Positions 49,320 to 60,047 of a stretch of 64,000 nucleotides of DNA are shown in pieces. The notes beneath the pieces were generated by a model. That model did no database searches and was not told the DNA's origin. It saw only the letters and a program-made list of their open reading frames with translations. Numbering within the stretch: position 1 is the stretch's first letter; each line of letters begins with the position of its first letter. The translations under genes and the position numbers were made by a program. This DNA comes from a virus, in the IMG/VR virus record IMGVR_UViG_3300026521_000343, positions 5,265-69,264 of that record; one strand, 5' to 3'.

Positions 49320-51959
49320 ATGCAAAAAGATTTAAAAATAAAAATTAGCATTGACAAAAAGACCGGTGAATTAAAAGTTATCTCTAGCGAGTTTGACGAG
49401 CTCGGCAATAAAATAAATGATGCTGACGTAAACACAAACAGTTTAACTTCAAGTTTAATTGGTGTTGCTAAAGGCGTAGTAGGAATCTATGCTGTAAATA
49501 AAGCATTTCGTGCCGTTACAGACAGTGGGTTTGCTTTCAATATGCAACTAGAAGATGCGAAAGCGGGTCTAACTGCTTTGTCAGTAGCTGTTCAAGATAA
49601 ATCTATACCCGTTATGGAGCGATACAATATCGGCAATAAAGAAGCTATTGAAACACTAAGAGAACTCCAAAGAATAAACGTTGAAACCCCACACACACTA
49701 AATCAAACAAACCAAATTTACAAAGCTATGTACGTGTCAATGAAAAAGGCAGGTGCGTCTACTAAAGATATGGTAGAAATTACGAGATCATTGTCAATCG
49801 CATCAGGAGCTGCGGGAATAGAGTTTAATTCACTATTAGCTGGTGTAGATGGTTTGGCAAGTGGTACGGTTTTAGTCAATAGTGATTTAGGTAGATTTTT
49901 ATCCTCATTAGGCTTGACTAATCAAAAACTAAAAGAGAGTAAAAATGTAGTTAAACTCCTTGAAGATACATTGAAAGATTTTAAAGCTGCAGATACTATG
50001 AAAGTGTCACTATCTAATCTTGAAAACGCTTGGAACTCACTCACAGGAGAAATAACAAAGACATCATTTGAGGCATCAAAAAAAGAGATAAATTCATTAG
50101 CAGGTACATTTAATGAACTTACTCACTGGATACACGAAGCAGGTGTGCAATGGTCTTCTGTTTTTGAAGTTACAAAAAGTGGTAAACTAGATGATTTAAA
50201 AATAAAACTTAAAGACATTGAAGATAGAATAAAATCTATTAAAGAGAAACAAACCGGTTTTTTAAGTGGAATTTTAAATCAAAAAGATATTTACAATGAC
50301 TTGCAAGCTAGATTATTAGAAAAGAGCGAATTAGAAAAAACAATAGCAGATTTAAAGAAAAAACAAAAAAATAGTGTAAAAGAAATACACGAGTATAAAA
50401 ATAAAATAAGCAGTTCTGAAGCTAAAAAGTTTATCAGTAATTTAGATTACGAAACTGAATTAGAATTTGACAAAATTTCTGCAAAGTGGGATTATGAGGA
50501 CAAATTAGCAGAAGATGCGAAAAAACAAAAACTAAAAGATAGTCAAGACTGGATCAAGTCACTAAAAGAATTTTATGCTATTGATGTCACAAAAGGGCTG
50601 AACGATCAAAAAACAAAAGAAAAAACAAAAGTAACTTTTGAAGATTGGGGAAAAACTCTAAACAGTTCCATATCAAACTCAATAGTAGATGCACTTCAAA
50701 GCGGAGACGTTGAGGGAGCGATACAAGGGCTTGGAAGTTCAATCGGATCTTCAATGCTTCAATCTTCTACTTCTAACTTAGTCGCAGGAGGAAGTCAACT
50801 GTCTGCAGCTGGTGGTGCTATGTCAATGGGCGGAATCTACGGAATAGCAGCTGGGCTTGGGATTGGTGCAGTATCAAAATTCATGGATAATGGGACAGCA
50901 TCAAAAACGTCTCAACAATACGCTGATGAAGCATTTAATAAATTTATCTCAAACATTGAAAAGGCTTCAAAAGCACTTGAATCATTCGGCAACGTAGGTA
51001 GCTCATTCTCAACCGAACTAGACACATTAAATAAAGAGATACAAGTAAAACAAAATATTTTAAATGAGTATAACTCAAAACCGCATTATATTGTTACTAA
51101 GTCAATGAGGGATACTGTTTCAAACGACATAAACAGACTCACTTCTCGTAAAAATGAAATTCTTGTAAACCAACTTGGCGGAAGCATAGACTTTTCGAGG
51201 ATGAACCTATCAGACGTAAGCAAAGCTCTTCCTGCTAACTTCTCGTTAGATTCTTATAACAACGCTCTTGATGATATTAATAGACTTGCACTTAAGGCAA
51301 AAGAAGTCGGTTTCAACAATATGAGTGAAGCCGATATACAACGCTTCACGGACTTAACTGCTAACGGCAGCGTATGGCAAGCAGGTAAAGACTACGCTGA
51401 TGCTATATCATTGATTGATGATGCAATGAAGAAATCAGTATCGAATATCAAAGCATATGAGGATAGTTTTAAGACACCTCGACAGTTAGCAGAAGATATG
51501 GCGAAAGACTTAGGAGTGACACTTGCAAGCTCAACTAAGGGGCTTGACAATCTTTTCAACTCTTTAAAGGGCGGAGTCGATGGACTAAACGATGCTGAAA
51601 GTGAACTTTTAAAAGCAAACAAAGACTTAATAGACTCGAATATGCAATCATTGAATAATGCGTTTTTAGGGCAGTATAGCCCACTTACAATGAGCCAAAA
51701 AACAGACTATGCAAATAGCATTGCAAGTGGAGCAATCCCGTCAAACTTAAGCAGTAGTGAAAGTTCATTACTTGCATTGCAAACAGCTATGAATAGCACG
51801 ACGGACGAGAACGAAGCGACCAAAGCTTTTAACCGATACATTGCAACGAATGATGCAACAGAGCCAGACAGCACGAGGACAGACATAGTGAACGAACTTC
51901 GCTCAAATAGAGAAACACTTAACGATATAGTTGATAGGCTTGAAAGGATTGAAGCATGA
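49320..51959 (+). CDS. Tape measure protein (phage B)
   Basis: 879 aa; ETPHTL; SNLENAW; C-terminal half homologous to A's TMP. Confidence 0.9.
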   Translation: MQKDLKIKISIDKKTGELKVISSEFDELGNKINDADVNTNSLTSSLIGVAKGVVGIYAVNKAFRAVTDSGFAFNMQLEDAKAGLTALSVAVQDKSIPVMERYNIGNKEAIETLRELQRINVETPHTLNQTNQIYKAMYVSMKKAGASTKDMVEITRSLSIASGAAGIEFNSLLAGVDGLASGTVLVNSDLGRFLSSLGLTNQKLKESKNVVKLLEDTLKDFKAADTMKVSLSNLENAWNSLTGEITKTSFEASKKEINSLAGTFNELTHWIHEAGVQWSSVFEVTKSGKLDDLKIKLKDIEDRIKSIKEKQTGFLSGILNQKDIYNDLQARLLEKSELEKTIADLKKKQKNSVKEIHEYKNKISSSEAKKFISNLDYETELEFDKISAKWDYEDKLAEDAKKQKLKDSQDWIKSLKEFYAIDVTKGLNDQKTKEKTKVTFEDWGKTLNSSISNSIVDALQSGDVEGAIQGLGSSIGSSMLQSSTSNLVAGGSQLSAAGGAMSMGGIYGIAAGLGIGAVSKFMDNGTASKTSQQYADEAFNKFISNIEKASKALESFGNVGSSFSTELDTLNKEIQVKQNILNEYNSKPHYIVTKSMRDTVSNDINRLTSRKNEILVNQLGGSIDFSRMNLSDVSKALPANFSLDSYNNALDDINRLALKAKEVGFNNMSEADIQRFTDLTANGSVWQAGKDYADAISLIDDAMKKSVSNIKAYEDSFKTPRQLAEDMAKDLGVTLASSTKGLDNLFNSLKGGVDGLNDAESELLKANKDLIDSNMQSLNNAFLGQYSPLTMSQKTDYANSIASGAIPSNLSSSESSLLALQTAMNSTTDENEATKAFNRYIATNDATEPDSTRTDIVNELRSNRETLNDIVDRLERIEA

Positions 51960-53392
51960 CATTTCATATACCAATTGATAGTGAATTAGTAAGCACGGAT
52001 GTTGCTTATCAGGTTGCTGAGTATGATGAAAATGCAACATATTCAGATGGCGAAGAAGTAAGAAAAGGCGATGATATTTATCAAGTGTTCAACTACAGTG
52101 ATACAACACCATACCCAGATTATATTGACTATTACCCATATGCTTGGAAAGACAAAGTTAATATTAATGGTGTTGGGTATGAGAAGTATGACATTGTAAC
52201 GGGCGTTGGTTGTTGGCAGATTGTGGATGCTTTATCTGTAACTAATTCTAAGTTAGGGGCAGATGTAGATGCAACTGATATAGATATGGCTATCTTTAAT
52301 ACTTGGGATGGTGTAGCAGATGGAGTTTGGCATCAGTTTTCAGTGCAAGGTGGCAACTGTAGCTCTATAAATGGAAATGACTATTTTAAATTCACAACGT
52401 TATCAGTTTATGACGACCACTATACAGTTCAAGTAATGCAAAACGATACAGACTCAGACACAGATGCAACGTTAGCTGGAAATATAGAAATGTATCCAGA
52501 TAATAAGATAATAGCAAGACCTAACCCGTATTTTATAAAAGGTGAAGATGGGTACATTAAAAAGGTTTTTGGCTTTACTTCTGATTTTATTGCAGAAGAG
52601 GGGATAAAAAAGGGATTATGGAAAAAGTTAGATAAGAATTATGATGAAATAAATAAACATAAATTAGAATTTTTAAGAAAATCAGTTAAATCAGTCCCGT
52701 TTGACACTAAACAATTTACAAGTGTTTCTGTAGTTGGCAAACAAAATTGGACAGTTAAATCAGGTAGCAGAATAACAAGCTTGATACTAGGCAGTATAAA
52801 ATCTTCATCAATTACGATACAAAGGCTAGACATATCAGACACTGTTCACGATATAATAACAATAACTCCTAAGATACTAATACTTGACGGAAAGAATCAG
52901 GAGCCGACTACCGAGATAATTTATTTCAATGACGATTTAATCACAAGAAGTGTAATCATTACAATTTCAGCACAGACACAAGTCGCTGTTTCTCAAGTTG
53001 GAACTATAATGTTGTGCAACTATTTAGACATAGGAGCGACAGACCTTAGTTTTTCTCACAACGTGAAAAACTATGATAAAAATCAAGTAAGTCAAACTAG
53101 TGGATATGTTGACCACATTAAGGGTAATCGTGTAATTCAACACAAGGGTAGTTTTTATATAAATATTACTGATTACGACAAAACTGTTATGATTAATAAA
53201 AGATTTACACAAGAACTTATAGCTATTGATAGTAGCGATAATGTAGATAATGAAGAATCAGACAGTGAAAGAGTTTTTTCGTCAACAAGAATAATAGGCA
53301 GATTAAAACAGATGAGTTTAAAAACAGATGTTAAAGATAACATTATTAACAAAAATGTTAGAGTATCATTTGAATTCGAGGAGATAGTGTAA
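51956..53392 (+). CDS. Tail tip/baseplate protein
   Basis: Homologous to 17611-19059. Confidence 0.6.
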   Translation: MTFHIPIDSELVSTDVAYQVAEYDENATYSDGEEVRKGDDIYQVFNYSDTTPYPDYIDYYPYAWKDKVNINGVGYEKYDIVTGVGCWQIVDALSVTNSKLGADVDATDIDMAIFNTWDGVADGVWHQFSVQGGNCSSINGNDYFKFTTLSVYDDHYTVQVMQNDTDSDTDATLAGNIEMYPDNKIIARPNPYFIKGEDGYIKKVFGFTSDFIAEEGIKKGLWKKLDKNYDEINKHKLEFLRKSVKSVPFDTKQFTSVSVVGKQNWTVKSGSRITSLILGSIKSSSITIQRLDISDTVHDIITITPKILILDGKNQEPTTEIIYFNDDLITRSVIITISAQTQVAVSQVGTIMLCNYLDIGATDLSFSHNVKNYDKNQVSQTSGYVDHIKGNRVIQHKGSFYINITDYDKTVMINKRFTQELIAIDSSDNVDNEESDSERVFSSTRIIGRLKQMSLKTDVKDNIINKNVRVSFEFEEIV

Positions 53393-54936
53393 TGTTTGAT
53401 AGTACAGATAGATTCCCAACGCAATTAGCAGACATAACAGTATCAGGATTCAGTGCATCCGCTAGCCTTGGAATTAGATGCTTAAACAAGAAAGTAATAA
53501 ATAGCAGTAACAACAATGTGTCATTTACATTTTTATTTAAAGAAAAAGAGCAAAGCGCAGGCTTCTTGGGATGGTATATAAACAATTTAGAGTATGGTAC
53601 TAAAGAGTTTTTGGTTGATGTGCCTATGTTTGGAATTATGAAAACGTGGCGATGTGTTTTTACTACAAAATTAGCAGAAAATGTTGTATCTACGGAAGTT
53701 AGAAAAATCTCAATGACAGCAAGAATACTTGATGATTTAACTCTTGTTAGAAATGTTTATAACTCATTATTATCTATGTCTTTAATAAACTCATTAGAGA
53801 TGACTCAAGGAGCAGGAGATGCTACATTTACAAGGGCATCAGCTGCCACCTATAGAGAAAATAATATACTAAAATATGCATCTATTGATGAGCCACGATT
53901 TGAAAGTAATGGGGTACTTACTGAGCGTTCATCTGAAAATATTGCAACTTACTCATCTATAGATAGTGCAAATTGGTCTGCAACACGTGCAGATATTACA
54001 GTCGGGGATAAAAAGTTTATTGATAGTATTGAGAATATGGCTAAGGTAATATGTAATGAAGATGGACAAGTGTATATAGACCAACAGTATTTAAGCATTT
54101 CAGGTCAGGCATATTCACAATCATTTTATGTTGAAAAAGGAAATACGGATGGACTATTCAGAATAGTATTTCACGCAAACTCTTTTACTGACAGTATCGC
54201 TGCTTACTTTGACTTAAATCTTGGAACAGTAGAGCACGTTAATGACGGAGTCACTGCAAATATTGAATATATATCAGACGGGATATATAGAATATCAGCT
54301 ACAGCGGTAGCTACAACTGACAATACAACTGATAATTACTTATCATTATTATATGCTACTAATAACTTAACAGTTAATGATTACTTTTATGTATGTGGTG
54401 CTCAACTTGAGAAAAATACTGAAACGTCTAGTTATATTAAAACGGTAGATACACCTATCTTAAGAAGTAGAGATATATTTACAGTTCCGATGGAAAGCAA
54501 TTTTATAGACTTGTCTAGTGGTGAGGAATTTACAATATCGTTTGATTTTAATTATGGCGGCAATACCACAGAAAGCAATCAGTGGATAATCGCTAACTAT
54601 GTTGATTCTATTAATAATTTCGGAATGTATGTTACGCCAACTAATGAAGCTCATTTTACATTTGATGGAAATGGAACACTGTCAGATGTATCATATATGA
54701 TATCAACAAACACGCAGACAAAAGTAATTATATGCTTTGAAGATAATATATTTAGTGTATATATAAATAACGTATTAATTGGAGAAACATTATCAAAAGG
54801 AATGACAACAAGCGGAAATAATTATATTATATTCGGTGGTTACAATTTGACAACAAACAATTTAGGAAGATGTAATTATAAAAACATAAAAACATTCAAT
54901 GTAAAATTAACAGACAGAGAGAGAGCTTTGTTATGA
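53392..54936 (+). CDS. Tail protein with fibre/lectin-like domains
   Basis: Homologous to 19059-20669. Confidence 0.65.
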   Translation: MFDSTDRFPTQLADITVSGFSASASLGIRCLNKKVINSSNNNVSFTFLFKEKEQSAGFLGWYINNLEYGTKEFLVDVPMFGIMKTWRCVFTTKLAENVVSTEVRKISMTARILDDLTLVRNVYNSLLSMSLINSLEMTQGAGDATFTRASAATYRENNILKYASIDEPRFESNGVLTERSSENIATYSSIDSANWSATRADITVGDKKFIDSIENMAKVICNEDGQVYIDQQYLSISGQAYSQSFYVEKGNTDGLFRIVFHANSFTDSIAAYFDLNLGTVEHVNDGVTANIEYISDGIYRISATAVATTDNTTDNYLSLLYATNNLTVNDYFYVCGAQLEKNTETSSYIKTVDTPILRSRDIFTVPMESNFIDLSSGEEFTISFDFNYGGNTTESNQWIIANYVDSINNFGMYVTPTNEAHFTFDGNGTLSDVSYMISTNTQTKVIICFEDNIFSVYINNVLIGETLSKGMTTSGNNYIIFGGYNLTTNNLGRCNYKNIKTFNVKLTDRERALL

Positions 54937-55421
54937 GTTTGGTATTAGACACACTTCAAGACCTCGCAGATGCCATTGCAAAGATAGGAGGCGCAGGTTC
55001 AAAGGTAAACGCAGGGATGCTTGAGAATTTAAAAAGCAATGCCTTCGCAAGGGCATTCGGAGATGCCACGAAACGTTTTAAAGTTGCGGATGCTAAAGAC
55101 GATAAAGACGCTGTTAATATGCAGTCACTTAAAGAGATTGGAGTAGGGCAGACTTGGATTGATGAAACTTCAAATAGAGCCAAAGGAGTTACTTATACAA
55201 ATACATCAAATAAGCCAATACAGCTTTTATTGAATTTGGGTGGAGATGGTAGCGGAAACAACAGCTGTACTTTTTACATAGACAATGTAGATAGTGGGGA
55301 AATCAGAACAGACCACGATGGAAAAACTATATCCCCTATTGTAAACATAATAATACCAGCTGGTAGTGTTTATAAAGTAGATGGTAGTTTAACTATTGTT
55401 AGATGGCTAGAACTTAAATAA
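54933..55421 (+). CDS. Short tail fibre protein
   Basis: IGVGQTW.DETSNR..GVTYTNTSNKPI. Confidence 0.65.
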   Translation: MSLVLDTLQDLADAIAKIGGAGSKVNAGMLENLKSNAFARAFGDATKRFKVADAKDDKDAVNMQSLKEIGVGQTWIDETSNRAKGVTYTNTSNKPIQLLLNLGGDGSGNNSCTFYIDNVDSGEIRTDHDGKTISPIVNIIIPAGSVYKVDGSLTIVRWLELK

Positions 55422-55437
55422 AACAAGGAGATAGAAA

Positions 55438-55698
55438 ATGAAAGAAATTGACGTTACTAAAAAACAGTTAACAGTAAACTTAGAAAGCAATGAGGAAGCG
55501 CACATTACAAATGTGGCAACACTCCAAAATTGTTCAAATTCATACATACTTTTTAGTTATGAACCATTTGGTGCTGAAAATGAGGGTGCAATTTTGCCAC
55601 TAAAAGAGCCTTTATTTTTGCCAGTTAACGTGACAGAAATATATATAAAAGCATCTAGTCAGCCGTCAAGAGTTGAGCTTTTTGGAGTATCATTATGA
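55438..55698 (+). CDS. Small tail-associated protein
   Basis: Homologous to 21633-21893. Confidence 0.55.
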   Translation: MKEIDVTKKQLTVNLESNEEAHITNVATLQNCSNSYILFSYEPFGAENEGAILPLKEPLFLPVNVTEIYIKASSQPSRVELFGVSL

Positions 55699-57503
55699 GT
55701 AATTTTAATTTTGCATTTAACTCACAGAAAGGTCGTGAGGCTGTTATTAATTCTACGATAGTTAAAAGTGTTGAAGCACTTGAGAATATAGCTTTAACAG
55801 CTAAAGATGGACAAAAGTGCTACTTAGATGATGGAGGTCGTAGCGGTAACTTTACTATGCGTTCAGCACGAAGTAGTGAAAATGATGGGGGGACTATCTT
55901 CAATGGGATGGAGCGTGATGATGTTGTTTTTAAAAGTGTAAAATGGTTTGGTGCAAAAGTTGATAGTAATACTAATGACACTAACGTTTTGCAAACATTA
56001 ATAGATTCTCAAAATCAAGAATGGCTTACAAATGGTGCTGAATACAAAGCACTTCCTATCTATGTACCTAGTGGCGAGTGTGTTATTTCTTCACTATACA
56101 TTAAGGGGGGTACTAATTTAGTGTGTGATGGAGTCTTTAAACCTGCTGACGATATTTCACCCATGGTTTATATGGCAGGTTCTAACATAAACATAAATAA
56201 ATTACACTTATACGGAAATTTAAGAAGTACATATGAAGGAACACCTTTTTGTATTAATACAGCAGACACAACTACTTCTGATATATTAGACACAGACCAT
56301 TGGAAACAGATTTCATATGTGAACATTGGAGAACTCTATATTAATGGAGTTCAAGGGAAAAGCGAAGCTGGTTTTAAGGTAAGTTCAGACGTTGGTGTAA
56401 GCTGGTGGGAAATTGATAAACTAATTATTCGAGACTGTACTAAAGGTGTGGATATTTCAGTTACTAATGGAGGCTATTTCAACAGTGCTAAAATTAAAGG
56501 AGAGATACATCATTGTGTTAAGTCTATAAACTTAACAACCGACGATACATCAGAAATTAGCTCAAATGTATTTGACTTTCATACACAGCCTTTGAATACT
56601 ACTAGTGCAAGTGGAATTTCTTGTAATAGTGAGCGTGTTCATTATAATAAATTCTTAGGGCGAACTTGGGATTGGCAAACAAATTATAGTTATAGTATCT
56701 ATGATATAGGACAGTATAACTCATATGATAATAACTTAGTAACGTTAGAAAAATATGGGAAGGTATTATTTGGCAGATATTCAAGACCGATACTTGAAGC
56801 TAATACTATGCCATCATATCAAAATTTATATCAATGGAATACACTATCTCATAATGGGATTGGTTTTCAAGATAATTTATTAGCAAATGCTGGCAAAACT
56901 AAATCAGGTGTAGTGATAACTACTAATAGCCCTAATCATCACTATTCAATTCCGTATTTGTTTGAACAGCAATTTCATCCTAGTTACAATACGTATCTTG
57001 ATTTCCCTACTGATGGAACGCCTCTCACTTTAGAAATTGAATTCCCTGAAGTGCAAACAATTTATACAGTGGGTATTGGACTATTATACTTAACAAGTTC
57101 ATGTACTGATTGTAAAATAGAGTTAGACCCAGATGGAAATGGGTATACTAATACTTTTCTTGATGTTACTGGGAACATAACACAAGAATTTATAGCTACT
57201 CGTGAAAACTCAGCAGGTTATTTATGTAAAAAAATGAGAATTACTTTTGATAACTTCGTGGATAAAAGTGACCCATTAAATATTGTACCAACTTCTGAGG
57301 ATAACTTATCATTAAAATCATTAGCTGTTTTTGGGATAGGAAAAAGACAAGCATTCGCATCAATGTGGGATAATAAATTCTTAGGACTTAAAGGAGTAGC
57401 TTCAAATGAAGTTCCTGATAATTCATTTTTTCTTGACACAGATGACTCTACGCTCAAGTTCAAAACTGATGATGGTACTGTTAAGACAGTATCGTTAGCA
57501 TAG
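55695..57503 (+). CDS. Tailspike/depolymerase (beta-helix)
   Basis: NDGGTIF, SVKWFGAKVD..DT..LQ, IYVPSG. Confidence 0.75.
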   Translation: MSNFNFAFNSQKGREAVINSTIVKSVEALENIALTAKDGQKCYLDDGGRSGNFTMRSARSSENDGGTIFNGMERDDVVFKSVKWFGAKVDSNTNDTNVLQTLIDSQNQEWLTNGAEYKALPIYVPSGECVISSLYIKGGTNLVCDGVFKPADDISPMVYMAGSNININKLHLYGNLRSTYEGTPFCINTADTTTSDILDTDHWKQISYVNIGELYINGVQGKSEAGFKVSSDVGVSWWEIDKLIIRDCTKGVDISVTNGGYFNSAKIKGEIHHCVKSINLTTDDTSEISSNVFDFHTQPLNTTSASGISCNSERVHYNKFLGRTWDWQTNYSYSIYDIGQYNSYDNNLVTLEKYGKVLFGRYSRPILEANTMPSYQNLYQWNTLSHNGIGFQDNLLANAGKTKSGVVITTNSPNHHYSIPYLFEQQFHPSYNTYLDFPTDGTPLTLEIEFPEVQTIYTVGIGLLYLTSSCTDCKIELDPDGNGYTNTFLDVTGNITQEFIATRENSAGYLCKKMRITFDNFVDKSDPLNIVPTSEDNLSLKSLAVFGIGKRQAFASMWDNKFLGLKGVASNEVPDNSFFLDTDDSTLKFKTDDGTVKTVSLA

Positions 57504-57512
57504 GATTTAAAA

Positions 57513-57860
57513 ATGCCACATAACAGCTTTAACGATATAAGCCCTATAGCAACTATCATAGCTGTAATATCTGCACTCTGGGGTGCAATTTTAAACTTTG
57601 CAAAAAGAGATACTTCTGAAAAAACTGCATTTAGAAAAATACTTATTTTTATATCTGATTTAATGATCAGTAATGGTTTTACGATGCTAACTTATTTGGG
57701 CTTTGTTGGATATGGAGTAAATGATTTACTATCAGTGTCTATCGCAGGATTTATGGGATACTTGGGAATAAGGTCATCTCACCTTATTGAGTTAGTAATC
57801 GCTGAAAAAGTTGGTGCTAAAAAAACATTTGATTACATTAAAGAAGAGGGATATGAGTAA
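57513..57860 (+). CDS. Holin, copy 2
   Basis: Protein identical to 24049-24396 apart from the first ~16 aa. Confidence 0.7.
   Translation: MPHNSFNDISPIATIIAVISALWGAILNFAKRDTSEKTAFRKILIFISDLMISNGFTMLTYLGFVGYGVNDLLSVSIAGFMGYLGIRSSHLIELVIAEKVGAKKTFDYIKEEGYE
57561..57835 (+). repeat. 275-bp exact direct repeat, copy 2
   Basis: Identical by eye to 24097-24371. Confidence 0.92.
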
Positions 57861-58333
57861 TGGCAGCGTTTAGTGAAGCAATTAAAAAAACTCTCATCTA
57901 TGAGGGCGGTTATGTAAATGATCCTGATGATGCAGGTGGAGAGACAAACTTCGGCATCTCTAAACGCAGCTATCCAGATGTAGATATTAAAAACTTAACA
58001 CTTGCCGGTGCAAAAGAGATCTACAGACGTGACTACTGGGAGAGACTCAGAGCAGATGAGATAACGCATCAGCAAGTAGCCGATGAACTCTTTGACACTG
58101 CTGTAAATATGGGTGTGCGAACTGCTACGAAACTCATACAAATGGCTTTGGATGTTCATCCAGATGGAAAACTTGGAAACATAACTCTTACATCACTCAA
58201 CAAAAGTGATGCAGAGAAGATACTTTTGAAGTTTAAACTAGCAAAAATTGCAAGGTACACATATCTCGCAAAAAAAAGACCTGCAAACAGAAAATATCTG
58301 TTGGGCTGGATAAACAGAACTTTGGGAGCGTAA
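57860..58333 (+). CDS. Endolysin, glycoside hydrolase family 108
   Basis: EGGYVNDPDDAGGETNFGIS, FDTAVNMG, DGKLG, GWINR. Confidence 0.92.
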   Translation: MAAFSEAIKKTLIYEGGYVNDPDDAGGETNFGISKRSYPDVDIKNLTLAGAKEIYRRDYWERLRADEITHQQVADELFDTAVNMGVRTATKLIQMALDVHPDGKLGNITLTSLNKSDAEKILLKFKLAKIARYTYLAKKRPANRKYLLGWINRTLGA

Positions 58334-58335
58334 TA

Positions 58336-58785
58336 ATGGGATTGTTTGATTTTTTAGGGAGTGGAATAGTTGAGAGTGTAGGGAAAGTAGCAGATGATCT
58401 TATCACGAGTGATGAAGAGAGAGCGGAAAAAGAGAACGAAAAACTCAAAACAGAACTCTCATACAAAGCGCAGATGAGAGAAGCGGATGTTGCTGAGACA
58501 AAAGCGTTTATAGAAGACAAGCAGAGTGCAAGGAAGATGAACAGTGATCTTGTTGCTTCTAAAGACTGGCTTGTGCGAAATACAGGAAGCCTGCTTGCTT
58601 GGTTTATTGTTATAGGAACTGTCGTGCTTGACTACATGATAGCATTTGATAATCTCAAAGACGCAGTAGCAGATAAAGAGGTGTTGATGTTCATATTAGG
58701 AAGTATGAATACATATACAGCAGGTGTAATAAGCTTTTATTTTGGGAGTTCTAAGACTGAGGCTGATGCGAAGAGAGCTGTTTAA
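58336..58785 (+). CDS. Holin-like membrane protein
   Basis: DDLITSDEER, DKQSAR, TM helices, FYFGSS. Confidence 0.7.
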   Translation: MGLFDFLGSGIVESVGKVADDLITSDEERAEKENEKLKTELSYKAQMREADVAETKAFIEDKQSARKMNSDLVASKDWLVRNTGSLLAWFIVIGTVVLDYMIAFDNLKDAVADKEVLMFILGSMNTYTAGVISFYFGSSKTEADAKRAV

Positions 58786-58790
58786 AAAAT

Positions 58791-58987
58791 TGTACCGTTT
58801 TTGTACCGTTTTTATGCAATAAAATTTCAATGTATGTAATGATTTTAAGATGAATGATGAAGAAAGAACCTATAGTTCAGGAAGTTTGCTTGAAATAATA
58901 AGTATTGTTTATTTCTCGCTTAATTTTTATTTATGCGTATTATAGGGAGTTTTTTTTAACAGTGTACCGTTTTTGTACCGTTTTTAT
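58791..58987. other. Putative attP with paired arm-type integrase sites
   Basis: tgtaccgtttttgtaccgtttttat at 58791-58815 and 58963-58987, each made of tandem 11-mers, at the 3' end of int. Confidence 0.7.
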
Positions 58988-60047
58988 ATCTTTTTTCTAA
59001 AAACTCTATTTTCATTTTTTCCTTGCGTGGTAAAAAATGCGCATATATTTCGAGCGTGATTTTAACATTCTCATGCCCAAGTGTTGCTGAAACCCACATA
59101 GGATCTATGCCATTATTTAGCATCATACTTGCAAAAGTATGCCTGGCGCTATGCAGAGGCCTGTGTTCTAAGTTTAAGCTCTTTAGTAGGCTTGTAAACT
59201 TTGACAACCATGTAGAACCTTGTGTATAATGCGACTGTTTTGCATTTAGAAAAACAAAAGTGTTTTTCATCCCTGTTAAAAGCCTTTGGCTCTTAAAAAA
59301 ATGCTTAGCTTGCTCAAGCATCTCGATATCTCTGTCGCTCGAGAGAGTCTTTGGTGTTCCAATCGTTCCAGCTGATACTGTTTTGTTTATGGTTATAGTA
59401 TCAGTTTTGAAATCAACATCATCCCACTTCAGAGCCAATAGTTCACCAATTCTCATACCTGTAAAGAATAATATTCCAAGAAAATTCTTGAAGTCACCAC
59501 TAACATTATCTAAGATAGTGTCCATCTCATCAAGTGTGAAAACTTTTACAGACTGTTTTTTAGTGCTCTTCTTATATGTTGGAGTGCTAACCATCTTCAC
59601 TGGGTTAACATCGATCTCGCCTCTTAGAATTGCATCTTGAAACACTTCTGATAATAGATATCTTGATTGCCCTATTGTCGCTTTTCCGATAATACCTTTA
59701 CTCTGTATATAGTCATGGTACTTTTTGATATCAATAGGTTTTATCTGAGCAACTGTTTTATCTTCAAAATATGGCTTAATGTAATTTTTGAAAGTAACTC
59801 TATAATTTCTTATAGTGCTTTCTTTTTTTGTACTACATTGTAAGTTTATAAAATTTTGTACTAAATCAGTAATCAACCGAGAATCGTCACTCACTAAATT
59901 CAGATCATCGTCAAAGAGTCCTTTGTAGAACTTGTTTTGAATGATGTTTTTATTTACGGAGTTGTATTTCATCTTAGAAGATTTAAACTTATCGCCTATG
60001 CCGAAGTATAAAATACCATTGCGATTTTTAAAGCGTAGCTTTCTCAT
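58956..60047 (-). CDS. int: Tyrosine integrase
   Basis: TGMRIGELLALKW, PKT, HSARHTFAS, LGH..ITLEIY. Confidence 0.95.
   Translation of the reverse strand: MRKLRFKNRNGILYFGIGDKFKSSKMKYNSVNKNIIQNKFYKGLFDDDLNLVSDDSRLITDLVQNFINLQCSTKKESTIRNYRVTFKNYIKPYFEDKTVAQIKPIDIKKYHDYIQSKGIIGKATIGQSRYLLSEVFQDAILRGEIDVNPVKMVSTPTYKKSTKKQSVKVFTLDEMDTILDNVSGDFKNFLGILFFTGMRIGELLALKWDDVDFKTDTITINKTVSAGTIGTPKTLSSDRDIEMLEQAKHFFKSQRLLTGMKNTFVFLNAKQSHYTQGSTWLSKFTSLLKSLNLEHRPLHSARHTFASMMLNNGIDPMWVSATLGHENVKITLEIYAHFLPRKEKMKIEFLEKRYKNGTKTVHC

Larger units (their letters stand above)
24097..57560. mobile_element. Phage B, complete-looking ~33.5 kb tailed phage genome nested at the holin gene
   Basis: Own terminase, portal, capsid, tail, replication and lysis genes; bounded by a 275-bp exact direct repeat; no integrase or CI seen. 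Confidence 0.85.

Noticed and set aside
17611-57503. DGR or shufflon explaining the duplicated tail genes
   Set aside because: No reverse transcriptase, invertase, adenine-specific TR/VR pair or inverted recombination sites were seen; the duplicates belong to two different phages
58816-58962. tRNA fragment as att core
   Set aside because: No recognisable tRNA 3' end or T-loop; core not identifiable without a search
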